Origin: Fastidiosibacter lacustris
GTDB taxonomy: Bacteria > Pseudomonadota > Gammaproteobacteria > Francisellales > Francisellaceae
Direction of reading: 5' to 3'
Assembly: GCF_003428155.1 (NCBI RefSeq)
Contig: NZ_QLIR01000010.1
Span: forward strand, 1 to 32,000
DNA: 32,000 nt
Made by a program: the position numbers and the translations under genes. This document shows, one piece after another, positions 17,668-27,405 of this stretch. The notes beneath the pieces were generated by a model. The model made no database searches, was not told the origin of the DNA, and was given only the letters and a program-made list of their open reading frames with translations. Every line of letters starts with the position of its first letter. The stretch's first letter is position 1.

Positions 17668-19329
17668 ATGACTGAAAATTTTAAAGACCTCTTTGAAGCC
17701 TCACTAAAAGAAACTGAAATGCGTGTTGGTAAGATTATTAAAGCAACCGTTGTTGCGATTGATCGCGAGTTTGCATGGATTGACGCCGGCTTAAAATCTG
17801 AATCAATCGTGTCTCTTGATCAATTCAAAAGCGATCAAGGTGAAATTGAAGTTCAAATAGGGGATAAAATAGACGTAGTGCTTGATGCACTTGATAATAG
17901 CTTCGGTGAAACTCGTCTATCACGCGAAAAAGCAAAACGAATCGAAGTGTGGAATGACCTTGAGAAAGCCTGTGATGAACAAGAAACTATCCTTGGTCGC
18001 ATTACCAATCATGTCCGTGGTGGCTATACTGTTGAAGTTAAAGGTTTGCGCGCATTCTTACCAGGTTCTTTGGTAGATGTTCGTCCACTTCGTGATACTT
18101 CTCACTTAGAAGATAGAGAAATTGAACTTAAAATTGTCAAACTTGATACTAAACGTAACAACATTGTTGTTTCACGTCGCGCTGTTATCGAAGCTGAAAC
18201 CCAAGAAGACCGCAATGCACTATTTGAAAAATTAAGTGAAGGCGCTGTTGTTAAAGGTGTAGTTAAAAACATCACAGACTTTGGTGCATTTATTGATCTT
18301 GGCGGTGTAGATGGTTTATTACACATTACTGATATGTCTTGGAGTCGCATTAAACACCCAAGTGATATGCTTAAATTAGGTGATGAAATTGATGTCAAGA
18401 TCATTAAATTTGACAATGATAAAGGTCGTATTTCCCTAGGCATTAAACAATTAGGTGAAGATCCTTGGGCCAGTGTTGCTGAAGAGCTTGCTGTTGGGAC
18501 CAAACTTATGGGTAAAATTACTAACATCACTGATTATGGTTGCTTTGTTAAGCTTAAAGAAGGTATTGAGGGCTTGGTGCATACTTCAGAAATGGATTGG
18601 ACAAACAAAAATGCTAACCCTCACAAGATTATCTCTTTAGGTCAAGAAGTTGAAGTTATGGTCCTTGAAGTAGATGCTTCTCGTCATCGTATTTCACTTG
18701 GTATGAAGCAATGTATCATCAACCCATGGCAAGCCTTTGCCAATGCTCACAAACCAGGTGACAAAGTCAAAGGTAAGATCCGTTCCATCACTGATTTTGG
18801 TATTTTTATTGGTTTAGATGGTAATATCGATGGGCTTGTTCATATTTCTGACGTTGCATGGAATAAACCAGAAGATACCGTAAAACAGTTTAAAAAGGGA
18901 GAAGAAATCGAAGCTGTTATGCTGTCTGTAGATATTGAGCGTGAGCGCATTGCTTTAGGTATTAAGCAGCTTTCTGAGGATCCATTTACTCAATACACAA
19001 CTGCTAATGACAAAGGCGTAAAAGTAACTGGTAAGGTAACATCTGTTCAACAAAATGGTGCTACTGTTGAATTAGCACCTGAAATTGAAGGTTTTATCCG
19101 TGTCGCTGATATTTCTCGTAATCATGTGGAAGATGCACGTCATGAACTTAAAGTAGGTCAAGAAGTTGAGGCGCGTATTAGCAATATTGATACTAAACGT
19201 CGTAGCATTAACCTTTCAATCAAAGGCTTAGATGAAGACATCGAAAAAGCAGCAAAGTTAAACTATAAAGCTGAACAAATGACTCCAACTACAATTGGAG
19301 ATCTAATTAAAGAAAAGTTAAATAAATAA
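17668..19329 (+). CDS. rpsA: 30S ribosomal protein S1
   Basis: 553 aa with six S1 repeats (for example [34 protein letters not shown]). Length and N-terminus are typical of gammaproteobacterial S1. Confidence 0.96.
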   Translation: MTENFKDLFEASLKETEMRVGKIIKATVVAIDREFAWIDAGLKSESIVSLDQFKSDQGEIEVQIGDKIDVVLDALDNSFGETRLSREKAKRIEVWNDLEKACDEQETILGRITNHVRGGYTVEVKGLRAFLPGSLVDVRPLRDTSHLEDREIELKIVKLDTKRNNIVVSRRAVIEAETQEDRNALFEKLSEGAVVKGVVKNITDFGAFIDLGGVDGLLHITDMSWSRIKHPSDMLKLGDEIDVKIIKFDNDKGRISLGIKQLGEDPWASVAEELAVGTKLMGKITNITDYGCFVKLKEGIEGLVHTSEMDWTNKNANPHKIISLGQEVEVMVLEVDASRHRISLGMKQCIINPWQAFANAHKPGDKVKGKIRSITDFGIFIGLDGNIDGLVHISDVAWNKPEDTVKQFKKGEEIEAVMLSVDIERERIALGIKQLSEDPFTQYTTANDKGVKVTGKVTSVQQNGATVELAPEIEGFIRVADISRNHVEDARHELKVGQEVEARISNIDTKRRSINLSIKGLDEDIEKAAKLNYKAEQMTPTTIGDLIKEKLNK

Positions 19330-19340
19330 ACTTTAACTCA

Positions 19341-19369
19341 AAGCAGCCTTAAGGCTGCTTTTTTGTTTT
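19341..19369 (+). terminator. Rho-independent terminator of rpsA
   Basis: AAGCAGCC-TTAA-GGCTGCTT perfect 8-bp stem followed by TTTTGTTTT. Confidence 0.8.
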
Positions 19370-19433
19370 CACAAGCAAACAACACGAATAACCTTATGAA
19401 AATTAAGCACCCATTTCAATATATACTTTAACC

Positions 19434-19754
19434 ATGTCAAATTTTCATATGCTTTTAGATGATAATGGCTTTTTAAAAAATTATACACAATGGTCTATTG
19501 AGCTTGCGGAATACTTTGCAAAACAAGAAGACATTTTATTAACACCATCACATTGGAAAGTTATTTATTTTCTACGTGACTACTATCAATGTCATCAAAA
19601 CTCACCTGCCATCCGTTTACTGGTAAAATCACTTAAAGAAAAACATGGGTCTGAAATTGGCAATAGCCTTTATCTGCAATCACTCTTTCCAATTTCACCT
19701 GCAGTCCAATCTGCTAGAATTGCAGGATTACCTAAGCCTAAAAGGTGTATTTAA
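19434..19754 (+). CDS. tusE: TusE/DsrC-family sulfur relay protein
   Basis: 106 aa. The C-terminal AGLPKPKRCI matches the DsrC/TusE GLPKP..C tail with the conserved Cys. Confidence 0.8.
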   Translation: MSNFHMLLDDNGFLKNYTQWSIELAEYFAKQEDILLTPSHWKVIYFLRDYYQCHQNSPAIRLLVKSLKEKHGSEIGNSLYLQSLFPISPAVQSARIAGLPKPKRCI

Positions 19755-21025
19755 TGAGTATAAGGATACGTACTAAAAACCTTTTACATAATGAAATCCT
19801 AATTAAATCAATCGGCACAATGTTTATTCAAGGATTAGGACAGCTTACTGCTTTTGGTTCAGCCATTTTACTTGCTCACTACTTTGCTGTTGCTGAATAT
19901 GGTCAATATATGTTTGGAGTGACCATTGCAACCATCTTAGCTGTTATTGCAACACTTGGTGCTGATGGTATTTTAGCACGCAGTTGGGGTTGGTCTGAGA
20001 AAACAGGTAAAACACGTAATATAGAAGTCTTTCATTTACATAACTGGTTTTGGCGCCGTGGTATTGTTATTTTAATAATTACATTTGTGGGCTGCTTTAG
20101 CTATATTTATCTATTTAATCTCAATGCGAACTTTATTGAAGTATTTGCTTTTTTATTTGCCTTACCCTTTTTTATTGCTAACCTATTACAATCTTTTTAT
20201 ATTGCCAATAAAAAAGTAATTTATGCTAATTTGATTCAGCTCTTTATGCGTCTGATTATGCTAGCCATTATTGGAGTCTTTATCATAATGCGCATTCAAC
20301 AAACTACCTTTCTTGTTAGTATCATGTTTAGTGCAACTGCATTATATATGCTGCTGTTATGGTCTAAAATTAGCCTAAATTATGGTTTTCAATCACTCAA
20401 ACCACGGGGCAGTAACCTCTCTTTCATGCTATTGAAATGGGGTAACCTGCTATTAAGCCAAATTGGTATTGTATTACTTAAGTTTTTTTCATCCAATGAG
20501 AATATCGCTTATTATGCAGTTGCGCTACAGCTAGGTGCACTTGTAGTTTTTGTATTAAATGCCGTTAGCTCCAACATCACTGCACAAGTTGCAAATGACT
20601 ATAAAACACTTGATCATAAAACGTTCCAAAGCAAAATTACAGATTACACACATATTATTTTTAGTTTGTCAGCAATTGGAATGGTGTTACTGATTACTTG
20701 CGGTTATTGGATTACTATGCTCTATGGCACAAATTATAGCAAAGCCTATTATATTTTCTGTGTTCTCATGGTTGGGCAAGTGGTTAATGTTTTATGTGGC
20801 AGCGTTTTTACCATTCTCAATATGGCAGGACATGAAAAGACAACCTGTACTGTTTTTTACATCGCACTTAGTATTAATATCCTATTAGGTATTATTCTAA
20901 CTCCAAGCCTTGATGCTTATGGAGTTGCAATTGCTTCTGCTGTTGCTATGATTTTTTGGAACATTGTACTCGTATATGTAGTTATGACAAAACTTAAAAT
21001 CAATCCAACGATTTTTAGGCGATAA
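19754..21025 (+). CDS. MOP-superfamily oligo/polysaccharide flippase (Wzx-like)
   Basis: About 423 aa with about 12 TM segments and a typical polysaccharide-biosynthesis-protein N-terminus (LLHNEILIKSIGTMFIQGLGQLTAF). The ATG at 19754 overlaps the tusE stop (TAATG). The track's GTG at 19745 is the alternative. Confidence 0.65.
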   Translation: MSIRIRTKNLLHNEILIKSIGTMFIQGLGQLTAFGSAILLAHYFAVAEYGQYMFGVTIATILAVIATLGADGILARSWGWSEKTGKTRNIEVFHLHNWFWRRGIVILIITFVGCFSYIYLFNLNANFIEVFAFLFALPFFIANLLQSFYIANKKVIYANLIQLFMRLIMLAIIGVFIIMRIQQTTFLVSIMFSATALYMLLLWSKISLNYGFQSLKPRGSNLSFMLLKWGNLLLSQIGIVLLKFFSSNENIAYYAVALQLGALVVFVLNAVSSNITAQVANDYKTLDHKTFQSKITDYTHIIFSLSAIGMVLLITCGYWITMLYGTNYSKAYYIFCVLMVGQVVNVLCGSVFTILNMAGHEKTTCTVFYIALSINILLGIILTPSLDAYGVAIASAVAMIFWNIVLVYVVMTKLKINPTIFRR

Positions 21026-21093
21026 TCCTAAATCACTATTTTATTCTATACGAGCACAATCTTAATTATCAGCCTAAATAGATCGTACTAAAT

Positions 21094-21124
21094 CAAAAAT
21101 AAACTACCTATTTGAGCGGGTAGT
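21094..21124 (-). terminator. Possible rho-independent terminator of the aminotransferase gene
   Basis: Minus strand reads ACTACC-(10-nt loop)-GGTAGT followed by TTATTTTTG. The stem is short (6 bp). Confidence 0.4.
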
Positions 21125-21145
21125 GGTTGATTAGTTTTCACTGAA

Positions 21146-22381
21146 CTAAATGATTTTCGTACTTTCAGTACTTTTAGCACTTGTGTTAGTAAAAGCAGCT
21201 AAGCGCCAAATAGCCTCACCTAATACACTTATTTCATCTGCACAACTTAACCTTATATAACCTTCGGCACCAAAGGCAGATCCAGGCATTACAGCCAAAT
21301 GCTTGCTTTCTAACAAATGCAAGCAAAAATCCATATCACTTTCAAAACCCATTCGCTCTATAATAGGCTGAACATAAGGAAAAAGATAAAATGTACTTTG
21401 TGGTAACAGACAGCTGACTCCCTTTATTTTTATTAACTCTTGATAACAAAAATCAACACGTTTTTGATAGATGTCTAACTGCGTTAATAATCCATTTCTA
21501 GGTAAAGCCAGTGCTTGAATTGCCGCATATTGTGAAATCGAACATGCACACGACATCGATTGCGATTGATAACGCTTAAGCATAGTAATCATATCCTGTG
21601 GCGCAATGATATAGCCAATGCGCCAACCTGCCATCGCATAACTTTTGGACACACCATTAACAATTGCATAACGTGATTTTAACTCGGGAGCAACTTCAAT
21701 TAACATTTGAGGGCGCACACTCCAATATAGCATATCATAAATATCATCACTCAAGACCCATACATCAGGATAATCCTTTAATACAGAAGCAATCATTTCT
21801 AACGTTTCTTTGCTATAAGTAGCACCTGTTGGATTATGTGGAGTATTTAAGATAAAGATGCGTGTGCGCGGACTAAGCTTAGCTTCCAACTGTTCTTTTT
21901 GCGGTTGGAAATAATTATGATGTGTGGTTTCAACACAAACAGGTACACCATGAGCAAGTTTAATCATATCAGGATAAGATGTCCAAAATGGTGAAAAGAA
22001 AATAACCTCATCACCTGGATTTAAAATGCAATTAAATAGATTGTATAAACTGTGTTTAGCTCCAGTTGTAACACAGACTTCTTGATTTAAAAATGTCAAA
22101 TCATAGTCACGTTGATAACGTTGAATAATGGCGTATTTAAGCTCCACTATGCCGTCAACAGGTGTATATTGTGTTAAATTATGATCAATTGCCATCTTAG
22201 CTGCTTCTTTCACTTTTTGTGGTGAGTTAAAGCCAGGCTCTCCCACGGCTAACGAAATAACATCTGTATGACCTGCTTTTACTAAGTCTCCAGCTCGAGC
22301 TGCCATTTCTGCTGCTTTTGACCCTTCTACATTTAGCACGCGCTTGCTAAATCGATTCTTTTGATTTGTTGTTACACTCAT
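21146..22381 (-). CDS. Class I/II PLP-dependent aminotransferase (aspartate aminotransferase-like)
   Basis: 411 aa. Motifs NTPHNPTG, SDDIYD and the PLP-lysine motif GVSKSYAMAGWRIGY. Confidence 0.85.
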   Translation of the reverse strand: MSVTTNQKNRFSKRVLNVEGSKAAEMAARAGDLVKAGHTDVISLAVGEPGFNSPQKVKEAAKMAIDHNLTQYTPVDGIVELKYAIIQRYQRDYDLTFLNQEVCVTTGAKHSLYNLFNCILNPGDEVIFFSPFWTSYPDMIKLAHGVPVCVETTHHNYFQPQKEQLEAKLSPRTRIFILNTPHNPTGATYSKETLEMIASVLKDYPDVWVLSDDIYDMLYWSVRPQMLIEVAPELKSRYAIVNGVSKSYAMAGWRIGYIIAPQDMITMLKRYQSQSMSCACSISQYAAIQALALPRNGLLTQLDIYQKRVDFCYQELIKIKGVSCLLPQSTFYLFPYVQPIIERMGFESDMDFCLHLLESKHLAVMPGSAFGAEGYIRLSCADEISVLGEAIWRLAAFTNTSAKSTESTKII

Positions 22382-22398
22382 TTTTCCTCCTATACGTT

Positions 22399-25209
22399 CT
22401 ATAAAACGTATGCAACGACTGTCTTATCATATATTTCAAGAAATTGTTTATAGCTTTTTATCACAGTTTCATCAATAATGAAATCACTTGTATGCAATGA
22501 CCTCTCTAGCACATAAAGCCTTTCTTTCAACATAGGCACACCACAGTAACTTGCTCCACCATGAAGTTTATGCACTGCATCACGTAAAGCTTTTCCATTT
22601 TGCTCAATATATGCTTTATTAATTTCAGTTATCGCGTCAGGTAGAGACTTAATAAACGCATTTAGCATCTCTTTAGCAAAATTTTCATTACCACCAGCAA
22701 GCTTTGTGCCTAATGTCAAGTCAATTAATTTTTGTTCTATGTTTTGACCATTGTGATTTAAACTATCGCTATCATTTAATTGTTTTGCCCAAGGACTCAC
22801 TGCTTTTACATTGTTTATATCTTTAAAATAAGTCTCTAATAGTAAACTCAGAGATAAATCATCAATTGGTTTAATTTGCACGGCATCAAAGCCTTCTTTA
22901 AGTAACACATCGTTACGTCCATCTACAATATCTGCAGTAACTGCAATAATTGGTACGTGCTTGTACTTTGAAATTTTGCGTAACCGATGACATAATTCAA
23001 CCCCATCAACCTCAGGCATGTGCACATCGGTTAAAACCATTATAAAATCATGCTTATCAGCAAGTAAAAGAGCTTCTTTTGCACTTGTTGCTTCAATAGG
23101 ATAAAAACCTTTTTCTTGTAGTAATATCGTTAATAACTTAAGGTTAATCGGATTATCATCAACCGTTAAAATTAAAGGCTTATCCTTATTACTATCCTTT
23201 AGATCATAATTCACTATTTCTTCATTAGCAGTTATGTTTTCCTTATTCTGATCTAAACGACCTGAAAATAGCTCTGCCAATTTTTGAATTTTATAAGGGT
23301 AATTTATGCAATTTTGAATGGCTAAGTCGCTACTATAATCGCATAAATCTAATAGTGATCCATTTGCAACTAAATAAATGCGCCCTTTGCTAAACGATTG
23401 TAAATCCATAATTAGGGATTGTCTTAATTTTTGCATTGGGGGTAATACGTTAAAAACCAAAATAAGATCAAATTGATCATGTTCGACAACAGTATCAAGT
23501 AAGTCTGTTTCCGAATATTGAGTCATACATTTGACGCCAGCAGCCTCTAAATCATTGACTAACATTTTGCCAACATAGATTGTCCTATCATAAACAATCA
23601 CGTTTTTAAGCGGTATATATGGATAGGAAAGATCTATCTTGTTTTCACAATCAAAAATAACAGTAAAGCTAAAACAAGAACCTTTGTTTATTTCGCTTTT
23701 AACTTGAATCTTGCCACCCATTTTTTCAACAAGGTTCTTACTAATAGTTAGTCCTAATCCTGTTCCGCCATACTTGCGACTGGTTGATAGATCAGCCTGA
23801 GAAAATGCACTAAATAATTTTTTTATCTGAGTCCTTGATAAACCTATGCCAGTATCACAAACAGAAACAAATACTTCAACTTGCTGATTCAATATACGCT
23901 TGAGGTTAATACAAATCTCAACACCTCCTTCTTCAGTAAATTTAATTGCATTACCAATTAAATTAGTTAAAATTTGGCAGAACCTCAGTGCATCACCAGA
24001 AACCATTTTAGGTAATCTAGAATCAATGCGCACACCAAAATCAATCTGCTGCTGAATAATCTTGGGCTTAAATAACATCACACAATTTTGAATTTCCTCA
24101 TGTAAATCAAATGGGTGATTCTCCAACACTAAATTACCTGACTCAATTTTTGAAAAGTCCAAAATATCGTTGATAATACTTAACAGGCTTTTTGATGATT
24201 GAGTAATCGTTTCGACATATTCTTTCTGCAATGAATTTAATTTGCTTTTTTCAAGTAACCCCACAAAGCCTAAAATGCCATTCATGGGTGTGCGAATCTC
24301 ATGACTCATATTTGCAAGAAACTTACTCTTGACCTCACTGGCTTCAATTGCTTGCTTGCGCGCTATATCAAGCTGTACGTTCTGATGTTCGATCATTTTT
24401 AAAGTATGCCTTAGTTCTCTTGTTGCCTTTTTAATATTTCTTTGCATTTCTTCATGTGAGTTAGCTAATGACAACGCCATACTGTTAATCCCTTCTTCAA
24501 GTGTTTTAAGCTCACCAGGAGGATTACCATCTAATCTTGTATCAAGTGCACCGTCTTTAATACGCTTTACCGCATTGATAATATCAAAAAGTGGATTAAT
24601 CAAGTCCCCACCTAAACGTAGTCCAAATAAAATACTGACTGTTAGACCAATAATCACAATGAGTAATGTTGCAATAATCGCTTGATATTGATTAACAATC
24701 GTATTTTCCCGGCTTAAAGTCACTACTACCCAACCAATACGTTGATCTTTCTCTGTATAAAGTTTATCAATGTTATTTTCTTTAGGATTAACGGCTCTTG
24801 AAATAACAGGTGCTAAAAACTGGATATTTTTACTGCCCTCCTGCATGAAGATTTTTTTAGTTATAAGGTCAGCATTCTCCTTAAAAAAACTTGGATTTAC
24901 TTGTGGAATGCGACCAGTAAAAGTAAGTAAATCACCATTTTTATCATAAATAGCAGCCATGCGTACATCCGGATAATTTAGAATATTATCTGTAACATTT
25001 TGTAGGATGATTTTGCTATCGAAATAAAGTCCATATTCAGAAGCAGCAATGAGTTCCGTTGTGACTGCTTCCCCTCTGATATATAAGTTGCGGTCTAAAT
25101 CAGAAAATCTCATGCTGATAAAATAAAAACCAAGTAAGATAGACACTGTTAAAGTTGGTAACAGCGTCAATAAAATCATTCGTCCACGAATGCCAATGTT
25201 CTTGAGCAT
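22399..25209 (-). CDS. barA: Tripartite hybrid sensor histidine kinase, BarA/GacS/LetS family
   Basis: 936 aa, colinear with E. coli BarA from the N-terminus. Domain order: TM1, sensor region, TM2, HAMP, coiled coil (EGINSMALSLANSHEEMQRNI), H-box FLANMSHEIRTPMNG, N/G boxes NLIGNAIKFT, DTGIGL, GGTGLGL, a pseudo-receiver spacer of about 130 aa, REC (VDDNPINLKLL...TDVHMPEVDG), and Hpt (HKLHGGASYCG). Confidence 0.85.
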   Translation of the reverse strand: MLKNIGIRGRMILLTLLPTLTVSILLGFYFISMRFSDLDRNLYIRGEAVTTELIAASEYGLYFDSKIILQNVTDNILNYPDVRMAAIYDKNGDLLTFTGRIPQVNPSFFKENADLITKKIFMQEGSKNIQFLAPVISRAVNPKENNIDKLYTEKDQRIGWVVVTLSRENTIVNQYQAIIATLLIVIIGLTVSILFGLRLGGDLINPLFDIINAVKRIKDGALDTRLDGNPPGELKTLEEGINSMALSLANSHEEMQRNIKKATRELRHTLKMIEHQNVQLDIARKQAIEASEVKSKFLANMSHEIRTPMNGILGFVGLLEKSKLNSLQKEYVETITQSSKSLLSIINDILDFSKIESGNLVLENHPFDLHEEIQNCVMLFKPKIIQQQIDFGVRIDSRLPKMVSGDALRFCQILTNLIGNAIKFTEEGGVEICINLKRILNQQVEVFVSVCDTGIGLSRTQIKKLFSAFSQADLSTSRKYGGTGLGLTISKNLVEKMGGKIQVKSEINKGSCFSFTVIFDCENKIDLSYPYIPLKNVIVYDRTIYVGKMLVNDLEAAGVKCMTQYSETDLLDTVVEHDQFDLILVFNVLPPMQKLRQSLIMDLQSFSKGRIYLVANGSLLDLCDYSSDLAIQNCINYPYKIQKLAELFSGRLDQNKENITANEEIVNYDLKDSNKDKPLILTVDDNPINLKLLTILLQEKGFYPIEATSAKEALLLADKHDFIMVLTDVHMPEVDGVELCHRLRKISKYKHVPIIAVTADIVDGRNDVLLKEGFDAVQIKPIDDLSLSLLLETYFKDINNVKAVSPWAKQLNDSDSLNHNGQNIEQKLIDLTLGTKLAGGNENFAKEMLNAFIKSLPDAITEINKAYIEQNGKALRDAVHKLHGGASYCGVPMLKERLYVLERSLHTSDFIIDETVIKSYKQFLEIYDKTVVAYVL

Positions 25210-25476
25210 ATATTTGCTACTTGCTGTAGTCGGAAGGTTTAAAGATTATAAGCTAAAAAACGTTAAACTCAATTTTGAATGACAAATGTCCTTTTCCCAG
25301 ATAGCACTGTTTTCCCAGATGAGAGCCTTAAAGCTTATTCCATATGGCTTTGCGACATTTCACTTCTTGTCAAAGTTGGTGAGCATATTGCTTGCAATCC
25401 ATTTAATATCAAGGCTTTGAGAGTTTTCACAACAAAACAAATTTTTAAATCAGACTAAAATAATTGCTAAGATCTG

Positions 25477-26029
25477 TTATTTTAGTTCAGTAAACGCTTG
25501 CGATAAATCATTTTTTAAATCCTCAATATCTTCAAAACCGAGACTTACTCTCATTAACCATCCTGATCTATCCCAACTATTTGGTAATCTATAACTTTGG
25601 GGGCTTTCCACGGGGACTAATAAGCTTTCATGCCCACCCCAACTGTGTCCTAAACCAAAAATTTTTAGTCTATTTAACATTTTATCTAAAGACTTTTTTT
25701 CTATTTTATCTGATAAAGTAAATGCAAAAAACGCCAGAAGAGCCTTGAAAATCTCTTTTCCATAAATGATGCTGAGGATGTGTTTTTAATGCTGGAAATA
25801 TCACTTCGGAAACTATAGGTGTTTTAGACAGCCATTGAGCTAGTTTCATTGCTTGTATCTGGTGGTGTTTTAAACGAACAGATAGACTCCTAATCCCTTG
25901 AATTGCTGCATAAACATCCTCATTGCCGGCACATTGACCTGATTGTATAGTATATGTTCTTAACATATCATATGTTTTTTCATCAGATATTATTATGCCT
26001 AGAATACTCAATGAATGAGCTAAACGTTA
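25477..26029 (-). pseudogene. metC: Cystathionine beta-lyase (metC) remnant: 5'-truncated, frameshifted, with in-frame stops
   Basis: Two track ORFs (25706-26011 and 25477-25680) align in order to roughly the C-terminal 180-190 aa of E. coli MetC. Examples: GIRSLSVRLKHHQ..., FPALKTHPQHHLWKRDFQGSSGVF, then HSWGGHESLL...RVSLGFEDIEDLKNDL. The frame changes around an A7 run at about 25694-25700. Upstream, AHSLSILG (compare GHSDAMIG) is preceded by TAA TAA. The N-terminal roughly 200 codons, including the PLP-Lys region, are absent. Confidence 0.8.
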
Positions 26030-26105
26030 TTATCTTGAGACTTGAGGGTAGTGACTGAAAAAAATTCCACCTTTTGATTATATAGTTTGAAATATTCATG
26101 AGCTT

Positions 26106-26996
26106 TTATTTCTCTATTGGATTATTTGACGAAGTTAATCCCCACTCACTCCAGGAGCCATCATAAACGGATAAATTTGTGTAATTTAACATATATCCAG
26201 CGAAAGCTAAGATACACGCCGTAACACCTGAACCACAGGTAAAAATAATGCTCTTACTTCCATCTATATTAAGGTCAATAAATTGTTGCTTTATTGCCTC
26301 TAATTCAATAAATTTTCCATTGCTTAAAAGTTGCTGAAAAGGTAAGTTTATTGAGTTGGGAATGTGTCCTGAGCGTAACGTCTTTCTTGGTTCAGCCTGT
26401 TTTCCTTGAAATCTTTCTAGAGATCTTGCATCAACTATTTGGTATTCATTTGGGTTATCAATGGCTTCTTTCACTTTATTGATATTGCAAAAAAAATCTT
26501 TGTTGTAATTAGCAGAGTATCCTTGGTTTCTAATACTTTTAATATCAGGGGCTAAGTTTTTCACATTTTCAACAGGAAGACCTAGTTTTACCCATTGTGA
26601 TATTGTTGCATTTAATATATATACGTTTTTATGCCCCATAGATTTAAACATCCACCAAACTCTCGGACTCGCGTAAATGCCTGATTGTTCATATAGGATA
26701 ATCAAGGTGTTATTCGTAATACCATAATTTGATATGCGCTCCTCAAATTGCTTGCTATCAGGCATCATATGAGGCAGTTCACTATTAGGGTTACTAAACT
26801 CTTCTATGCTCATTTTTTTAGCATTCGGAATAATCAATTGATCATCAATACCGCTTGAGCATTGGTTCACAGACTTTATGGTTATTTCGAAAATACAAAT
26901 ATTAGTATTAGTATCGGATAAGCTATGATAAAGCTGCTGGCAATTGATTAATGGTGAAGCTGTTTCTATATTTTTGATCTTAAGTTTATTGTTCAT
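26106..26996 (-). CDS. sseA: 3-mercaptopyruvate sulfurtransferase (tandem rhodanese domains)
   Basis: 296 aa. The active-site loop FTCGSGVTA is the MST-type CGSGVTA, not the CRKGVTA of thiosulfate sulfurtransferases. It is followed by VYDGSWSEWG. Confidence 0.85.
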   Translation of the reverse strand: MNNKLKIKNIETASPLINCQQLYHSLSDTNTNICIFEITIKSVNQCSSGIDDQLIIPNAKKMSIEEFSNPNSELPHMMPDSKQFEERISNYGITNNTLIILYEQSGIYASPRVWWMFKSMGHKNVYILNATISQWVKLGLPVENVKNLAPDIKSIRNQGYSANYNKDFFCNINKVKEAIDNPNEYQIVDARSLERFQGKQAEPRKTLRSGHIPNSINLPFQQLLSNGKFIELEAIKQQFIDLNIDGSKSIIFTCGSGVTACILAFAGYMLNYTNLSVYDGSWSEWGLTSSNNPIEK

Positions 26997-27130
26997 TTAT
27001 TGTTTCCCAAACAGTGTTTTGATAATACCATTCATCATTCCAACTTGAAGTAATTTTAAATTTACTTGAAATATCTCTGAACATCTATAGTGATCAATAG
27101 AATTAAAATTTATTTATGCAGATGATATGC

Positions 27131-27159
27131 TTGATTAATTATATCTTTTATGGTGTTAT
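27131..27159 (+). promoter_or_regulatory. Possible promoter for the small-peptide operon (TTGATT-N17-TGTTAT)
   Basis: Hexamers at 27131-27136 and 27154-27159, about 58 nt upstream of the peptide ATG. The -10 is weak and the call is low-confidence in AT-rich DNA. Confidence 0.25.
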
Positions 27160-27216
27160 CATTACTGAGCAGCCGTTAATACTGTTCTTATGAAGTTAAT
27201 AAAATTAGGAGAAAGG

Positions 27217-27336
27217 ATGATGGAAGATAAAAATGTAACTGAGAAACCTGTTCAGAAAAAGAAAAAGCTTGATCACAATAAAATATTTGCGATCACAAGA
27301 AAGGGCTCTCCTGTACTTAGGAGTGTAATCAACTAA
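27217..27336 (+). CDS. Unannotated 39-aa Lys-rich peptide ORF: candidate RiPP precursor (or regulatory leader peptide)
   Basis: Translates to MMEDKNVTEKPVQKKKKLDHNKIFAITRKGSPVLRSVIN. AGGAG at 27207-27211 lies 5 nt before the ATG. The TAA stop at 27334-27336 is followed 13 nt later by a strong terminator hairpin. It is the first gene of a co-directional cluster with modification-type and export genes. Below the track's size cutoff. Confidence 0.5.
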   Translation: MMEDKNVTEKPVQKKKKLDHNKIFAITRKGSPVLRSVIN

Positions 27337-27349
27337 AATATAATCATTA

Positions 27350-27388
27350 CATTAACCCTGTATTGGACATAGGGTTAATGTGTTTTTT
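27350..27388 (+). terminator. Rho-independent terminator/attenuator between the peptide ORF and downstream genes
   Basis: CATTAACCCT (27350-27359), an 11-nt loop, AGGGTTAATG (27371-27380), then TGTTTTTT (27381-27388). The stem is a perfect 10 bp. The next gene's GTG is at 27406, leaving no room for a separate promoter. Confidence 0.75.
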
Positions 27389-27405
27389 AAGAGCTCTTAG
27401 CTCTT

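Noticed and set aside
25477-26011. Treating 25477-25680 and 25706-26011 as two separate small genes
   Set aside because: They are consecutive pieces of one MetC homologue in different frames. The upstream piece begins at a TTG inside the homology, and neither has its own start signals. Called as one pseudogene.
27041-27070. Repeat ACTTGAA...ACTTGAA and inverted AAGTAA/TTACTT in the sseA/peptide divergent intergenic region, considered as a possible operator
   Set aside because: The arms are 6-7 bp in roughly 25% GC DNA, so they are expected by chance.
27116-27193. 25-aa ORF MQMICLINYIFYGVIITEQPLILFL upstream of the 39-aa ORF
   Set aside because: No SD. It overlaps the putative promoter, and its hydrophobic sequence is typical of chance translation of T-rich DNA.
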